DNA of 64,000 nucleotides from Candidatus Latescibacterota bacterium (lineage in GTDB: Bacteria > Latescibacterota > UBA2968 > UBA8231). Each line of letters starts with the position of its first letter. Position 1 is the stretch's first letter. The stretch spans positions 5,984,001 through 6,048,000 of the forward strand of contig CBDETY010000003.1 of assembly GCA_965243025.1 (NCBI GenBank), read 5' to 3'. A program made the translations under genes and the position numbers. Of this stretch, positions 9,841 to 18,779 are shown piece by piece. The notes beneath the pieces are model-generated. The model saw only the letters and a program-made list of their open reading frames with translations. It did not search any database and was not told the DNA's origin.

Positions 9841-11940
9841 TTGCCCATGAACCTGGCGCGAACCCTGCTGTTCCTGACCGTCGCGGCGAGCCTGTCCCTG
9901 CCGGCGGAAGCGGCGGAGGTGCGCCGCCTGCTGCTGGCCGCCGGGGCCAACAACGGCGGCGTCGACCGCGAGCTGCTGCGCTACGCGGTAACGGACGCGG
10001 AAAACTTCGTCGAGGTGATGCAGGAGATGGGGGGCCTCGATCCTGCCGACGTGCTGCTGCTGCGCGATCCCGGACTCGACGACTTCGAGCAGGGCCTGGC
10101 CGAGCTGGAGCGGCGGGTGCGGGCCTCCGGCCGGCGCGGTGACCGGCTGGAGGTGCTGCTCTACTACTCCGGCCACGCCGACGCAGAGGGTCTGCTCCTC
10201 GCCGGCGAACGCCTGGGGTATCCGCTGCTGCGGCGCGCTCTGGAGACGGCCAGCGCCGACGTGCACATCGCCGTCCTCGACGCCTGCGCCTCCGGGGCCA
10301 TAACCCGCGCCAAGGGGGGCAGGCGCCGCCCGCCCTTTCTCGTCGACGAGTCCTTCGACATGAAGGGGTACGCCTTCCTCACCTCGAGCTCGGCCGGCGA
10401 AGCGGCGCAGGAGTCCGACCTGCTCCGGGCGTCCTTTTTCACCCACTACCTCGTCTCCGGACTGCGCGGCGCCGCCGACGGCGACGGCGACGGCCTGGTG
10501 ACCCTGAGCGAGGCCTACCAGTTCACCTTCAACGAGACGCGGGCGCAGACCACGGGGACCGCCGGGGGCATCCAGCACCCGGCCTACGAGGTCGAGATGC
10601 GCGGCACCGGCGGCGTGGTGATGACGGAGGTGCGCCGCAACGCCGCGGGCCTGCTGCTCGGCGAAGAGCTCGCCGGCCGCATCTACATACGCAATGACCG
10701 GCAGCGCCTGGTGGCCGAGCTGAACAAACCGGCCGGCCGGGCCGTCGACCTGGGACTGGAGCCGGGGGCATATGCCCTGTACCTCCAGGCGGACGGGGCC
10801 GGCTGGCGCCTGGCGGAACGGGTCCTTGCCGAGGGAGAGTTCGCGCCTGTGAACGCCGGCCATTTCCAGACACTGACCCCGGAGCAGACCGGGCTGCTTC
10901 GCGGTTCGAGGCGGGGCCTCACCCTTGGGATGAACGAAGACGGTCAGATCGAGGTCGCCACCGGCGAGGGGTACAGGGTATCAATGGGATTGTTGACCAA
11001 TACCCAGGACGAGCCGTTCCGGGGCGTCCAGCTCGGCTGGATGGTCAACCTCGCCCGCGAACGCACCGGCGGCCAGGGAAGCTGGGTGGGCAACCTGGCC
11101 CTGAAGGAAGTCGTCGGCTGGCAGTCGGCGATGTGGGGCGTCAACTGGGCGGTGGGTCCAGTGCAGGGCGGGCAGGTCGGCCAGATCAACGTCGGCTCCC
11201 AGGTGCGCGGCTGGCAGGTGGCGACGGCGACCAACGTCGTCGGCGAGATCCGCGGTTGCCAGTTCGCCGCCACCGCCAATGTCGCCGGGGAAGTCAAGGG
11301 GGCCCAGATCGGGCTCGTCAACGTCGCGAGCCGGGTCAACGGGTGGCAGGTAGGGTTGATCAACATTTCCGGGGATATCGAGAACGGCCTGCCGGTGGGA
11401 CCGGTCAACTACTCGCACAGCGGGATTCTCAGGCTCAGCACGTGGCGCGACGAAGTCGGCTTCACCCTCCTGACCCTGGCCTCGGGCGGCCGCTGGTTTT
11501 TCACCTCTTTTACCGCCGGGAATGCCATCCTGGAGGGCCGGGAGCGCTGGGCATTGGGTGTGGGAGGAGGCGTGCAGAAGCGCGGGGGGCGGTTCTTCCT
11601 AGGCCTCGATCTGCATGGCTACCGGATCAGCAGCGGCCCCCCCGAGGGGGATTACACCGCCCGCATCGACTTCTGGCCTCCGGCCGCGGACTTCAGTCTG
11701 GAACCATCCACCACGGACAACTACCTGTCGCGGCTCCGGCTCGAGACGGGGGTGGTCCTGGCCCAGCCGGCCTCTTTCCCCGGCAGTCCGTCCCTGTTCG
11801 GCGGCGTCTCGCTGAACCAGCTGTGGACCAACGGCCATCCCAGGCTTTTGGAGTCCGGCAGCCGATTCGAGGAGGAACTGGAAGAGGGAGTGTTCGTCTG
11901 GCCGGGGTATTTCTTCGGCCTGCGCTACGGCCGCTGGTAG
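9841..11940 (+). CDS. Exported caspase-family (peptidase C14) protein with Gly/Gln-rich repeats and a probable C-terminal beta-barrel region (start 9841 or 9847)
   Basis: Signal peptide; LRYAVTDA; intact dyad YYSGHA and LDACASG; AQESD...SFFTHYLVSGLRGAAD; GxQxGxxN repeats; aromatic terminal strand GYFFGLRYGRW. Confidence 0.88.
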   Translation: MPMNLARTLLFLTVAASLSLPAEAAEVRRLLLAAGANNGGVDRELLRYAVTDAENFVEVMQEMGGLDPADVLLLRDPGLDDFEQGLAELERRVRASGRRGDRLEVLLYYSGHADAEGLLLAGERLGYPLLRRALETASADVHIAVLDACASGAITRAKGGRRRPPFLVDESFDMKGYAFLTSSSAGEAAQESDLLRASFFTHYLVSGLRGAADGDGDGLVTLSEAYQFTFNETRAQTTGTAGGIQHPAYEVEMRGTGGVVMTEVRRNAAGLLLGEELAGRIYIRNDRQRLVAELNKPAGRAVDLGLEPGAYALYLQADGAGWRLAERVLAEGEFAPVNAGHFQTLTPEQTGLLRGSRRGLTLGMNEDGQIEVATGEGYRVSMGLLTNTQDEPFRGVQLGWMVNLARERTGGQGSWVGNLALKEVVGWQSAMWGVNWAVGPVQGGQVGQINVGSQVRGWQVATATNVVGEIRGCQFAATANVAGEVKGAQIGLVNVASRVNGWQVGLINISGDIENGLPVGPVNYSHSGILRLSTWRDEVGFTLLTLASGGRWFFTSFTAGNAILEGRERWALGVGGGVQKRGGRFFLGLDLHGYRISSGPPEGDYTARIDFWPPAADFSLEPSTTDNYLSRLRLETGVVLAQPASFPGSPSLFGGVSLNQLWTNGHPRLLESGSRFEEELEEGVFVWPGYFFGLRYGRW

Positions 11941-12075
11941 ACCCGGGTTTCTGACGGGCTCCCGGGGATCTCTGCGGCGCCTGTACGAGCCTCGCCGGAT
12001 CATTCCTTGTCTCGAAGGGGACGGCTCCGCGAAGCCGGCCTTCACCGAACGTTTCCCGAAAAAAAGGAGCGAATC

Positions 12076-13914
12076 ATGCCGACCCGTCTGACGCTGTCTG
12101 CGCTCGTGCTGTGTTTGTGTGCCTGTGGAGATGACGAGGATGCTCCACCCACCGCTCCGGGAGAAACGGTTCTCCGGCCGGCCGGGGAACTGCAGCCCTG
12201 GGACCTCGCCGCCGTAGTGCCGATCGACTCGGTCCGCGCCATGCCCGCGGGCACCCCCCTGTTCATGCGCACCGAGTTCGCCAACGGCGAGCTCGCCGAC
12301 CTCGAGATGACCTTCGTCCAGGTGGTCGACGATTTCCTGCCACCCATGCCGGTCATCATGGTGGAAGCCTCCGATCCGGTTCTGATTCAGCTCGGCGGCA
12401 TCGCCCGGGGCATGAGCGGCTCCCCGGTTTTTTCGGAACAGGGCACCTGGGGCGCCATCGCCTACGGGTTCATCGCCCAGGACAGCCCGCCTTTCTACTT
12501 CTTCGCCACCCCCGTGGAATGGGTGACCGGCTCACGGGGCATGATGCCGGCGGCCAAATCCGCGGCAACCTGGGAGGGGGCCCGCGTCGCGCCTCTGGAA
12601 ATCCCCCTGCTGAGCACCGGTCTCGATTTCATGCAGTCCCGGCCTGAATGGGGTTCGTCTCCCCTGGGTGAGACGGTGTCCGCCGGGATTACCCGGCAGC
12701 GCCAGGAGAGCTTCGAAGCCGGAAGACCGCTGGCGGTCGGTCTGCTGCTCGGAGAGCTTACCCTCGGTGCGTTGGGAACCGTATCGTATGTCGAGGGGGA
12801 TCGCATATACGGTTTCGGACATTCATTTTTCGGCGCCGGAGAGGTGCGGTTTCCCATAATCGAATCCCGGGTGCTCGGAGAAATTTCCAACTTGTTTGCC
12901 CCGTTCAAGTTTGCCACCCTGAATCCATCGGTGCGGGGCACCCTGACCGAAGACCGTCTGCCCGCGGTTCGCGGTCTGCTCGGAGAGGAGCCGGAACTGG
13001 TGCCTGTAACGAGCGTTTACGAGTTCCCTTCGGGGAGCGCAGTCGAGCTCACGCACAGGGCAGCCGCTGCCGGTCTCGACCCGTTCGTTTCGATCGATCT
13101 GGTGGCCAACGCCTTTTTCAGTCCCCTCGCCGGCCGGGTGGACGGCGATCCCGGCCACAGCATCCGCGTCGTTGCGGACGCCGCTTTCTCCGGAACCGAT
13201 TCAACCCTGGCCCGGTCGCGGCTCTACGCCTCGCCGGAAGGACGGCTCTCCTCCTTGATTTTCGACGCCCACTCCGACCTTTCCTTCGTGCTCTCGCAAC
13301 TCATGACGAGGAACGACTACGCCCTGCAGTTGCGGGAGGCCGGGGTTCGCGTCGAAGTGATCCCCGAGCCTCGTTTTGCCGAGGTGGCACAGGTAACGGC
13401 CGACACCGTCGTCAGTGCCGGGAGCACCCTGGAGGTTGGCGTTTCGCTGCGGGTGGGGCGGCGCAGCGACCGGGAAGTCGGGCTGGCGATCGTCCTACCG
13501 GACACGCTTCCTGCCGGCGTCTACCGGCTCGAAGTCGGTTCCGCGGCGACACTGGCCGAAGGTCCCGGTGGGGGGGACGGGCCCTTCTCCGGACTGGATA
13601 ACGGACCGTTGTCCGGAGTCTTCGGGCCGCCTGTCGATTTCGCGGGGGAGGAAACCCTGGACGAGGTGTTTGCGCGCGTGAACGGACCCGACAGGAATGT
13701 CATCCTGAAAGCCCGGTTGACCTTCGAAATGCCCTCCTGGGAGGATGGACCTGGAGATTCCCCGGCCGATACCGGGTCGGATTTCGGCCTGGTCCCGGAC
13801 TTCGGCGGTCTGTTTTCCTTTGGGGGTTCCCCCGCAACGGTCTCCGCCGAGAAGGAAGTCGATCTGTTTCTCGCAGGCTCCCGGACCCTTCGTATCGAGG
13901 TGACAGGAGACTGA
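12076..13914 (+). CDS. Lipoprotein with SpoIVB-like peptidase S55 domain
   Basis: AAGGAG RBS; lipobox LCAC; GGIARGMSGSPV serine motif; GTVSYVEGDRIYGFGH. Confidence 0.8.
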   Translation: MPTRLTLSALVLCLCACGDDEDAPPTAPGETVLRPAGELQPWDLAAVVPIDSVRAMPAGTPLFMRTEFANGELADLEMTFVQVVDDFLPPMPVIMVEASDPVLIQLGGIARGMSGSPVFSEQGTWGAIAYGFIAQDSPPFYFFATPVEWVTGSRGMMPAAKSAATWEGARVAPLEIPLLSTGLDFMQSRPEWGSSPLGETVSAGITRQRQESFEAGRPLAVGLLLGELTLGALGTVSYVEGDRIYGFGHSFFGAGEVRFPIIESRVLGEISNLFAPFKFATLNPSVRGTLTEDRLPAVRGLLGEEPELVPVTSVYEFPSGSAVELTHRAAAAGLDPFVSIDLVANAFFSPLAGRVDGDPGHSIRVVADAAFSGTDSTLARSRLYASPEGRLSSLIFDAHSDLSFVLSQLMTRNDYALQLREAGVRVEVIPEPRFAEVAQVTADTVVSAGSTLEVGVSLRVGRRSDREVGLAIVLPDTLPAGVYRLEVGSAATLAEGPGGGDGPFSGLDNGPLSGVFGPPVDFAGEETLDEVFARVNGPDRNVILKARLTFEMPSWEDGPGDSPADTGSDFGLVPDFGGLFSFGGSPATVSAEKEVDLFLAGSRTLRIEVTGD

Positions 13915-14035
13915 AGGACGAAGGCGTGGAAAGGCCGGCGGACATCCCGTGAACACCTGCCCCCTTAAGCCGGGAAAACGGGCAGGTATTTCTGTCGCCG
14001 AACGAAATGCGGCGGATCGGTGTTCGGGAGGCGGG

Positions 14036-14542
14036 ATGATCGCCGCCCGGATGGCGGCACTCGCCAGACCACTTGGGGGTCTGCTGCTCGCAATCGCTGC
14101 TGCCGGCGGTTGCGGCACCGGCATGGACGATCGCGGCATCTTCGACCTGACGAGCGAATACCGGGTCGAGCGCGCACCGGCCGGACTGGAGGAGGCGGTG
14201 GCCGTCGACAGCGTCTTCTGGCGGCCCCTGACCGCGGCCTTCGACGCCACCGGCGACCTCGAAATCGACGGTCTCTACCGGATCGAGTTCCGCAGCGCGG
14301 CCGAACGCCCGCTGGAGCTGCGCTACGACCTGCGCTTCCTCGACGAGCAGGGGTTTCTGCTCGACAACTTCATTCCCTTCGGCCTGCCGGTGGTTCTGCA
14401 GGCTGAGGAAGTGCAGCTGGAAATCGGGGAGTTCGTCATCCGCTCGGGGGATATACGCAGCATATACGACGTCGTCACCATGCGCATCGTCGCCCGCATT
14501 GACACCGTTGGCGTTCTCGGAAGCGTTGAAACCAGTAAGTGA
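14036..14542 (+). CDS. Hypothetical lipoprotein
   Basis: GGAGG RBS; hydrophobic leader ending AGGC; LRYDLRFLDEQGFLL beta-rich body. Confidence 0.6.
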   Translation: MIAARMAALARPLGGLLLAIAAAGGCGTGMDDRGIFDLTSEYRVERAPAGLEEAVAVDSVFWRPLTAAFDATGDLEIDGLYRIEFRSAAERPLELRYDLRFLDEQGFLLDNFIPFGLPVVLQAEEVQLEIGEFVIRSGDIRSIYDVVTMRIVARIDTVGVLGSVETSK

Positions 14543-14668
14543 GTGTGACGCCATGAAGCGGAATCGCCGTTGGCGATTCCTCAGGACGTTGGCGTTCTCG
14601 GAAGCGCTGAAACCGGCAGGTGAGCGTGACGCCAAAAACCGGAATCGCCGGTGGCGAGTTTTCAGAGT
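14507..14668. repeat. Imperfect tandem repeat, 2 x 81 bp
   Basis: GTTGGCGTTCTCGGAAGCG(T/C)TGAAACC...GTGACGCCA...CGGAATCGCCG(T/G)TGGCGA starting at 14507 and 14588. Confidence 0.9.
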
Positions 14669-14687
14669 ACCGGAGGGGGCAAAAAAA

Positions 14688-14764
14688 TGGCGCACCCAGG
14701 AGGACTCGAACCCCCAACCCTCTGGTCCGAAGCCAGATGCTCTATCCAATTGAGCTATGGGTGC
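14688..14764 (-). tRNA. tRNA-Arg, anticodon TCG
   Basis: Minus strand GCACCCATAGCTCAATTGGATAGAGCATCTGGCT-TCG-GACCAGAGGGTTGGGGGTTCGAGTCCTCCTGGGTGCGCCA. Acceptor stem GCACCCA/TGGGTGC, T-loop GTTCGA, encoded CCA. Confidence 0.96.
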
Positions 14765-14888
14765 GCGGTTTTGTGACGCTGGTTTCCCAACGTAGCTTAT
14801 GCCCTCGACCCGGGCAAGCAGGTGCGGGGAGACCGATGAAAGTGTACAAAGAAGGTGTGAGCTTGCTGTAAAAACCGGAGGTATGGAT

Positions 14889-15842
14889 ATGAAAAACAGC
14901 TGCCGCGCCATTCTTTGCCTGGCACTCTCGCTGGCAACCTCCGCCGGCGCCCACAGCGGCGGACGTGTGTATCCCATTCCGGAGCTCACCGACGAGATGC
15001 TGGAAAAGATCCAGCTGGACGACGGCTCGGTGGAGGAGTGGTACGACCTGATAGGCGAACCCGCCATGTCCCTGGTGGATTTCAGATTGTACGGAACCGT
15101 ACCCGATCCGTCAGACCTGGACTTCCGCATCTGGCTGGCCTGGCACGGTGACCCGGATCGGCTCTATATCGCCTTCTCGTCCAGCGATGACGTGTTCCAC
15201 GAATCTCCATGGTCCGGGAACGATATCGAACTTCAACTGACGATCGACGGAAATCACAGCGGCGGGGATGGTTATTCGAACTTTACCTTCGACGAATCGG
15301 AGGGTGTTTGGGGGGAGGCGCAACAATACAGGGCAATGGCCCGAACGACCGCCGGCGACCCTGCGTTGTACGCCTACTACACCTCCAGCTCGGGAGGCAG
15401 GGGGTTCAGCGGCAGGTTTTCGGATGATTCCTGGACGCTCTTTCCTCCCTACGCTGACATTGGCGGTGACATCGCGGGAGAAAACCCGACCATCACCGTG
15501 ATCGAGTTGTACGTCACTCCATACGACAGTTGGCAGGGATACGACAGCGGGCCTGAAGGCGCCTTGTTAAGCGAACTGACTGCCGGAGAGTTCATCGGCT
15601 TTGCGATCCTCGTGGTCGATGAGGATGGCGAAGACGGCTGGTACCCCTTGACGCCTGAACCAGTCCAGACTGAAGAGCCCCGGGAAGACCTGCTGTTCCT
15701 CCATCGGGCGGATCTCTACCTCGACGGGCTGCTGCTGCCTGCCGACCCGGCAGGTCCTCGGGATGGCTCGGCAGTGGAGTCCGTGACCTGGGGGCGGATC
15801 AAGGCGTCTCTGGAAATCAAGGCGTCTCTGGAAATGGAGTAG
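14889..15842 (+). CDS. Secreted protein with CBM9/DOMON-like fold and a C-terminal 'TWGRIK' motif
   Basis: Signal peptide; IQLDDGSVEEW; DLDFRIWLAW...RLYIA; IGFAILVVDED; ends SAVESVTWGRIKASLE. Confidence 0.65.
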   Translation: MKNSCRAILCLALSLATSAGAHSGGRVYPIPELTDEMLEKIQLDDGSVEEWYDLIGEPAMSLVDFRLYGTVPDPSDLDFRIWLAWHGDPDRLYIAFSSSDDVFHESPWSGNDIELQLTIDGNHSGGDGYSNFTFDESEGVWGEAQQYRAMARTTAGDPALYAYYTSSSGGRGFSGRFSDDSWTLFPPYADIGGDIAGENPTITVIELYVTPYDSWQGYDSGPEGALLSELTAGEFIGFAILVVDEDGEDGWYPLTPEPVQTEEPREDLLFLHRADLYLDGLLLPADPAGPRDGSAVESVTWGRIKASLEIKASLEME

Positions 15843-15985
15843 CCGTCCGAGCTCTCCTTGCAGTTCCCCCGATAGTCGCGCCAAGTACCGTTTTTTGAGG
15901 AAGGGACGCCCGACTTCCCATGGGCCCGACAGGATCAGGCTGAAAAGAGGCGTCCGTAGTCGGGGCGCCGCTCAGAAAAAGAAAC

Positions 15986-17575
15986 ATGGCTGAAGAGAGA
16001 GTTCTTTCCGGACCGTGGCAGGGCTTCTTCCCGGGGGACTGGGTAAGGCCGAGAAGCAACCCCGGGACGTGGATGCCGCTGGTCGACGTCTCGGAGATCT
16101 TTCCCGGCAACAGGAGCGTCTCCCGCCAGGGGGAGTACAACCTCTACGACGCGCCTGTGGGAATCGAGCTGAAAATAGAAGAGGCCGCCAGGGCCCCCGT
16201 GGTTTTCGACGGAGAGGTCGAGTGGGAGAAAGGGGGGCTCTCACCCAGCGACGTGTGGTACGAGGACGGCCGCTATCACATGTTCTACCACGCCGCCGGG
16301 ACCGGCACCTGCTACGCCGTCAGCGACGACTGCTACCACTGGACCCGTCCCGAGCTGGGAGAGGTGGAGTACGGCGGCTCGAAAAGGAACAACATCCGCC
16401 CCGACACCCATCCGGAGGGGGGCATTTTCGAGGACCCCTCGGCCCCGCCCGAGGAGCGGTTCAAGGCCATGGGGGCCGGGGCCGGCTGGTACGACCCCGA
16501 CACCTGGGAGAAGCTGTCCGACGAGGAGGCCCGGAAGCGGTGGGACGCCATGCACTACGAGGGGCAGGACTACCGGGGCCCGAAGGTGGTGCTGCGGGGG
16601 TGGATGGTCGGCTGGACGTCGCCTGACCGCTTTCACGGCTGGAAGCGGATTGAAGAGCCGCTGGCGGAGTACTCCGTCAACGGGGGCATCGTCGCCGGGT
16701 ACGACGAAGCGAGCGGCACCTACTACGCCTACATGCAGCCCCAGGGGTTTGCCCCGGAGGATCCGAAGGGTATCGGGACGGGCGTTCAGGAGGTGGAGAT
16801 GGTGCGCCGGGCGAACGGCTTCTGCAGAACCAGGGACTTCCGCCGCTGGCCGGCCTCGAAGCTGGTGATGCACCCCGACTCCCAGGACGACCTCGACATC
16901 TCCTTCTACGCTCACAGCTACTTTCCGTATCCCGGACGCACCGATCTCCACGGCATGCTGACGCCGGTCTTCCACCACATGACCGGCCAGATGGACGTGC
17001 AGATTGCCTTCAGCCGGGACGGGCTGATCTGGTACCGCCCGGAACGCCGGCCCATCGTGACCCTGGGCCCTCCCGGAAGCGGCGAGGAGGGCATGATCGG
17101 CACCTCCGGTATCTTCGAGCTGCCGGACGGCCACTGGGGCGCCCAGTACTGGGCCGAATCGAGGCTTCACAACGTCAAGGAGGAGTACACCGACTCCCTG
17201 TTCCCGCAGCAGCAGCCGAGAAAGATGGGCTGGGCCCTGTGGCAGCCGCACCGCTTCTGCGGTTTCGAGGCGCGGACCGAGGGGCGCTTCACCATACCCA
17301 CCATCTTGCGGCGCAACGACGAGCTGCGGCTGAACTACCTCTGCCAGCCGGGGGGCTGGGTGAGCGTGGAGCTGATGCGCATGATGCCCTCGATGTTCCA
17401 CGGGGACGTCGACCCGCTCCGGGGGTTCACCTTCGAGGAGTGCGACCGCCTTACCGGGGATTGCGCTGACCGGGTGGTGACCTGGCGGGGAAGGAGCGAC
17501 ATCTCCGGGGTGGGCGAGATGGTGGCGGTCCGGCTGAAGATGTTCCAGGCCAAGCTGTTCGCCTACCGGGTGTGA
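15986..17575 (+). CDS. Glycoside-hydrolase-like beta-propeller protein
   Basis: YAVSDDCYHWTRPELG, FEDPSAPPEERFKA and SRDGLIW; C-terminal domain like that of the 3-995 paralog. Confidence 0.7.
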   Translation: MAEERVLSGPWQGFFPGDWVRPRSNPGTWMPLVDVSEIFPGNRSVSRQGEYNLYDAPVGIELKIEEAARAPVVFDGEVEWEKGGLSPSDVWYEDGRYHMFYHAAGTGTCYAVSDDCYHWTRPELGEVEYGGSKRNNIRPDTHPEGGIFEDPSAPPEERFKAMGAGAGWYDPDTWEKLSDEEARKRWDAMHYEGQDYRGPKVVLRGWMVGWTSPDRFHGWKRIEEPLAEYSVNGGIVAGYDEASGTYYAYMQPQGFAPEDPKGIGTGVQEVEMVRRANGFCRTRDFRRWPASKLVMHPDSQDDLDISFYAHSYFPYPGRTDLHGMLTPVFHHMTGQMDVQIAFSRDGLIWYRPERRPIVTLGPPGSGEEGMIGTSGIFELPDGHWGAQYWAESRLHNVKEEYTDSLFPQQQPRKMGWALWQPHRFCGFEARTEGRFTIPTILRRNDELRLNYLCQPGGWVSVELMRMMPSMFHGDVDPLRGFTFEECDRLTGDCADRVVTWRGRSDISGVGEMVAVRLKMFQAKLFAYRV

Positions 17576-17683
17576 CCCGCGACGGGCGGGTTACTGCCGG
17601 GCGTCGCGGCAGCGTGGTGGTGCCGGCACAGGCTCGATGCGGCCCGGTCGCGAGCTCTCGAGCGGGGCCCGGTCGATGCAGCA

Positions 17684-17870
17684 GTGCCGCACCTTCCCGA
17701 AAAAATGGGTGATGGCGAGGACCATTCCGACGAGCTCCAGAAGATGAAGAGGCTGGTGGAGGATCACGGACTGGAGCTTTTCGTCTTCCACGCCAACCGG
17801 ATTCCCCGGGACAGGATCATCCACGGATGGCCGGGGAGGGACGAACAGATCGAGAGATGGATCAAGGTAA
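17684..17870 (+). pseudogene. Mannonate dehydratase (UxuA-like) N-terminal fragment
   Basis: LQKMKRLVEDHGLEL...DRIIHGWPGRDEQIERWIKV resembles the UxuA N-terminus; similarity stops at about 17870. Confidence 0.6.
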
Positions 17871-18017
17871 TGAGCCTATTCCAACGGCTATATCAAGGCG
17901 TTGATACAGGCCGTATACCGGTGAGTCCGGTTCGGCTGTCCGCGAGTTCTGCCGGCACCGACGCCCGGTAGCGCTCCCCGAAAAAACATCGCTCCGGCGA
18001 GGTACCTGCGGCGAGGC

Positions 18018-18734
18018 ATGCGAATGAATGTTACCCGGTCCGACATAGTCAGCTGTCTGGAAGCCATGGGCCTGAAGGCGGGCGACAGCGTGATGGTCCA
18101 CAGTTCCCTGTCGAGCATGGGCCGCGTCGAGGGTGGAGCGCGGACCGTGGTGGAGGCATTCGTGCAATTGCTCGGGCCCGGGGGGACGCTGATGGTGCCG
18201 ACCTTCACCCACATCGGGTGCCAGTACTTCGATCCGCTCGTTTCACCCTCCTTGAACGGAGCGATCACGGAAGCGGCGAGGAACTTCCCGGGAGCGGTTC
18301 GCAGTCTCCACCCGACTCACGCGGCAACCGCGATCGGACCGGACGCCGAAAGCCTGGTCGATGACCTGGACCGCGGCCCCCTGGGCAGGGATTGCGCCCT
18401 GGACCGGCTGGGCAGGAAAGGGGGCTACGTGCTGCTGCTGGGGGTGGACCACAAATCCAATTCCGCCATCCATATCGGTGAGGACTATGCGGGAGCCGAT
18501 CGTCACAAGTCGATCTCGCCCGACAACCCGAAAGTCGTCGTCCTCAACCACCCCGAGCGGGGGGAGGTGAAGGTGACTCTGACCGAGATGATGGAAGGAA
18601 CGATCGCCTTCGACCGCATGGAAGAGGTTCTGCGAGAGCGAGGCCAACTCGTGGAAGGGAAGATCGGCGAGGCGAAGTGCCAGTTGATGAAGGGCGAGGA
18701 CGTCATCGCAGCGACTCTCGACATCCTGAAGTAG
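18018..18734 (+). CDS. AAC(3)/YokD family N-acetyltransferase
   Basis: GDSVMVHSSLSSMGRVEGGA, GTLMVPTFT, RSLHPTHA and VLLLGVDHKSNSAIHIGE. Confidence 0.9.
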   Translation: MRMNVTRSDIVSCLEAMGLKAGDSVMVHSSLSSMGRVEGGARTVVEAFVQLLGPGGTLMVPTFTHIGCQYFDPLVSPSLNGAITEAARNFPGAVRSLHPTHAATAIGPDAESLVDDLDRGPLGRDCALDRLGRKGGYVLLLGVDHKSNSAIHIGEDYAGADRHKSISPDNPKVVVLNHPERGEVKVTLTEMMEGTIAFDRMEEVLRERGQLVEGKIGEAKCQLMKGEDVIAATLDILK

Positions 18735-18779
18735 CCCCCGCCGCACTGCAAAATCACACCATCGGGAAGAAACCCTGCG

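Noticed and set aside
18018-18734. Aminoglycoside resistance gene
   Set aside because: AAC(3)/YokD-family membership alone does not imply resistance; the context is chromosomal and catabolic.
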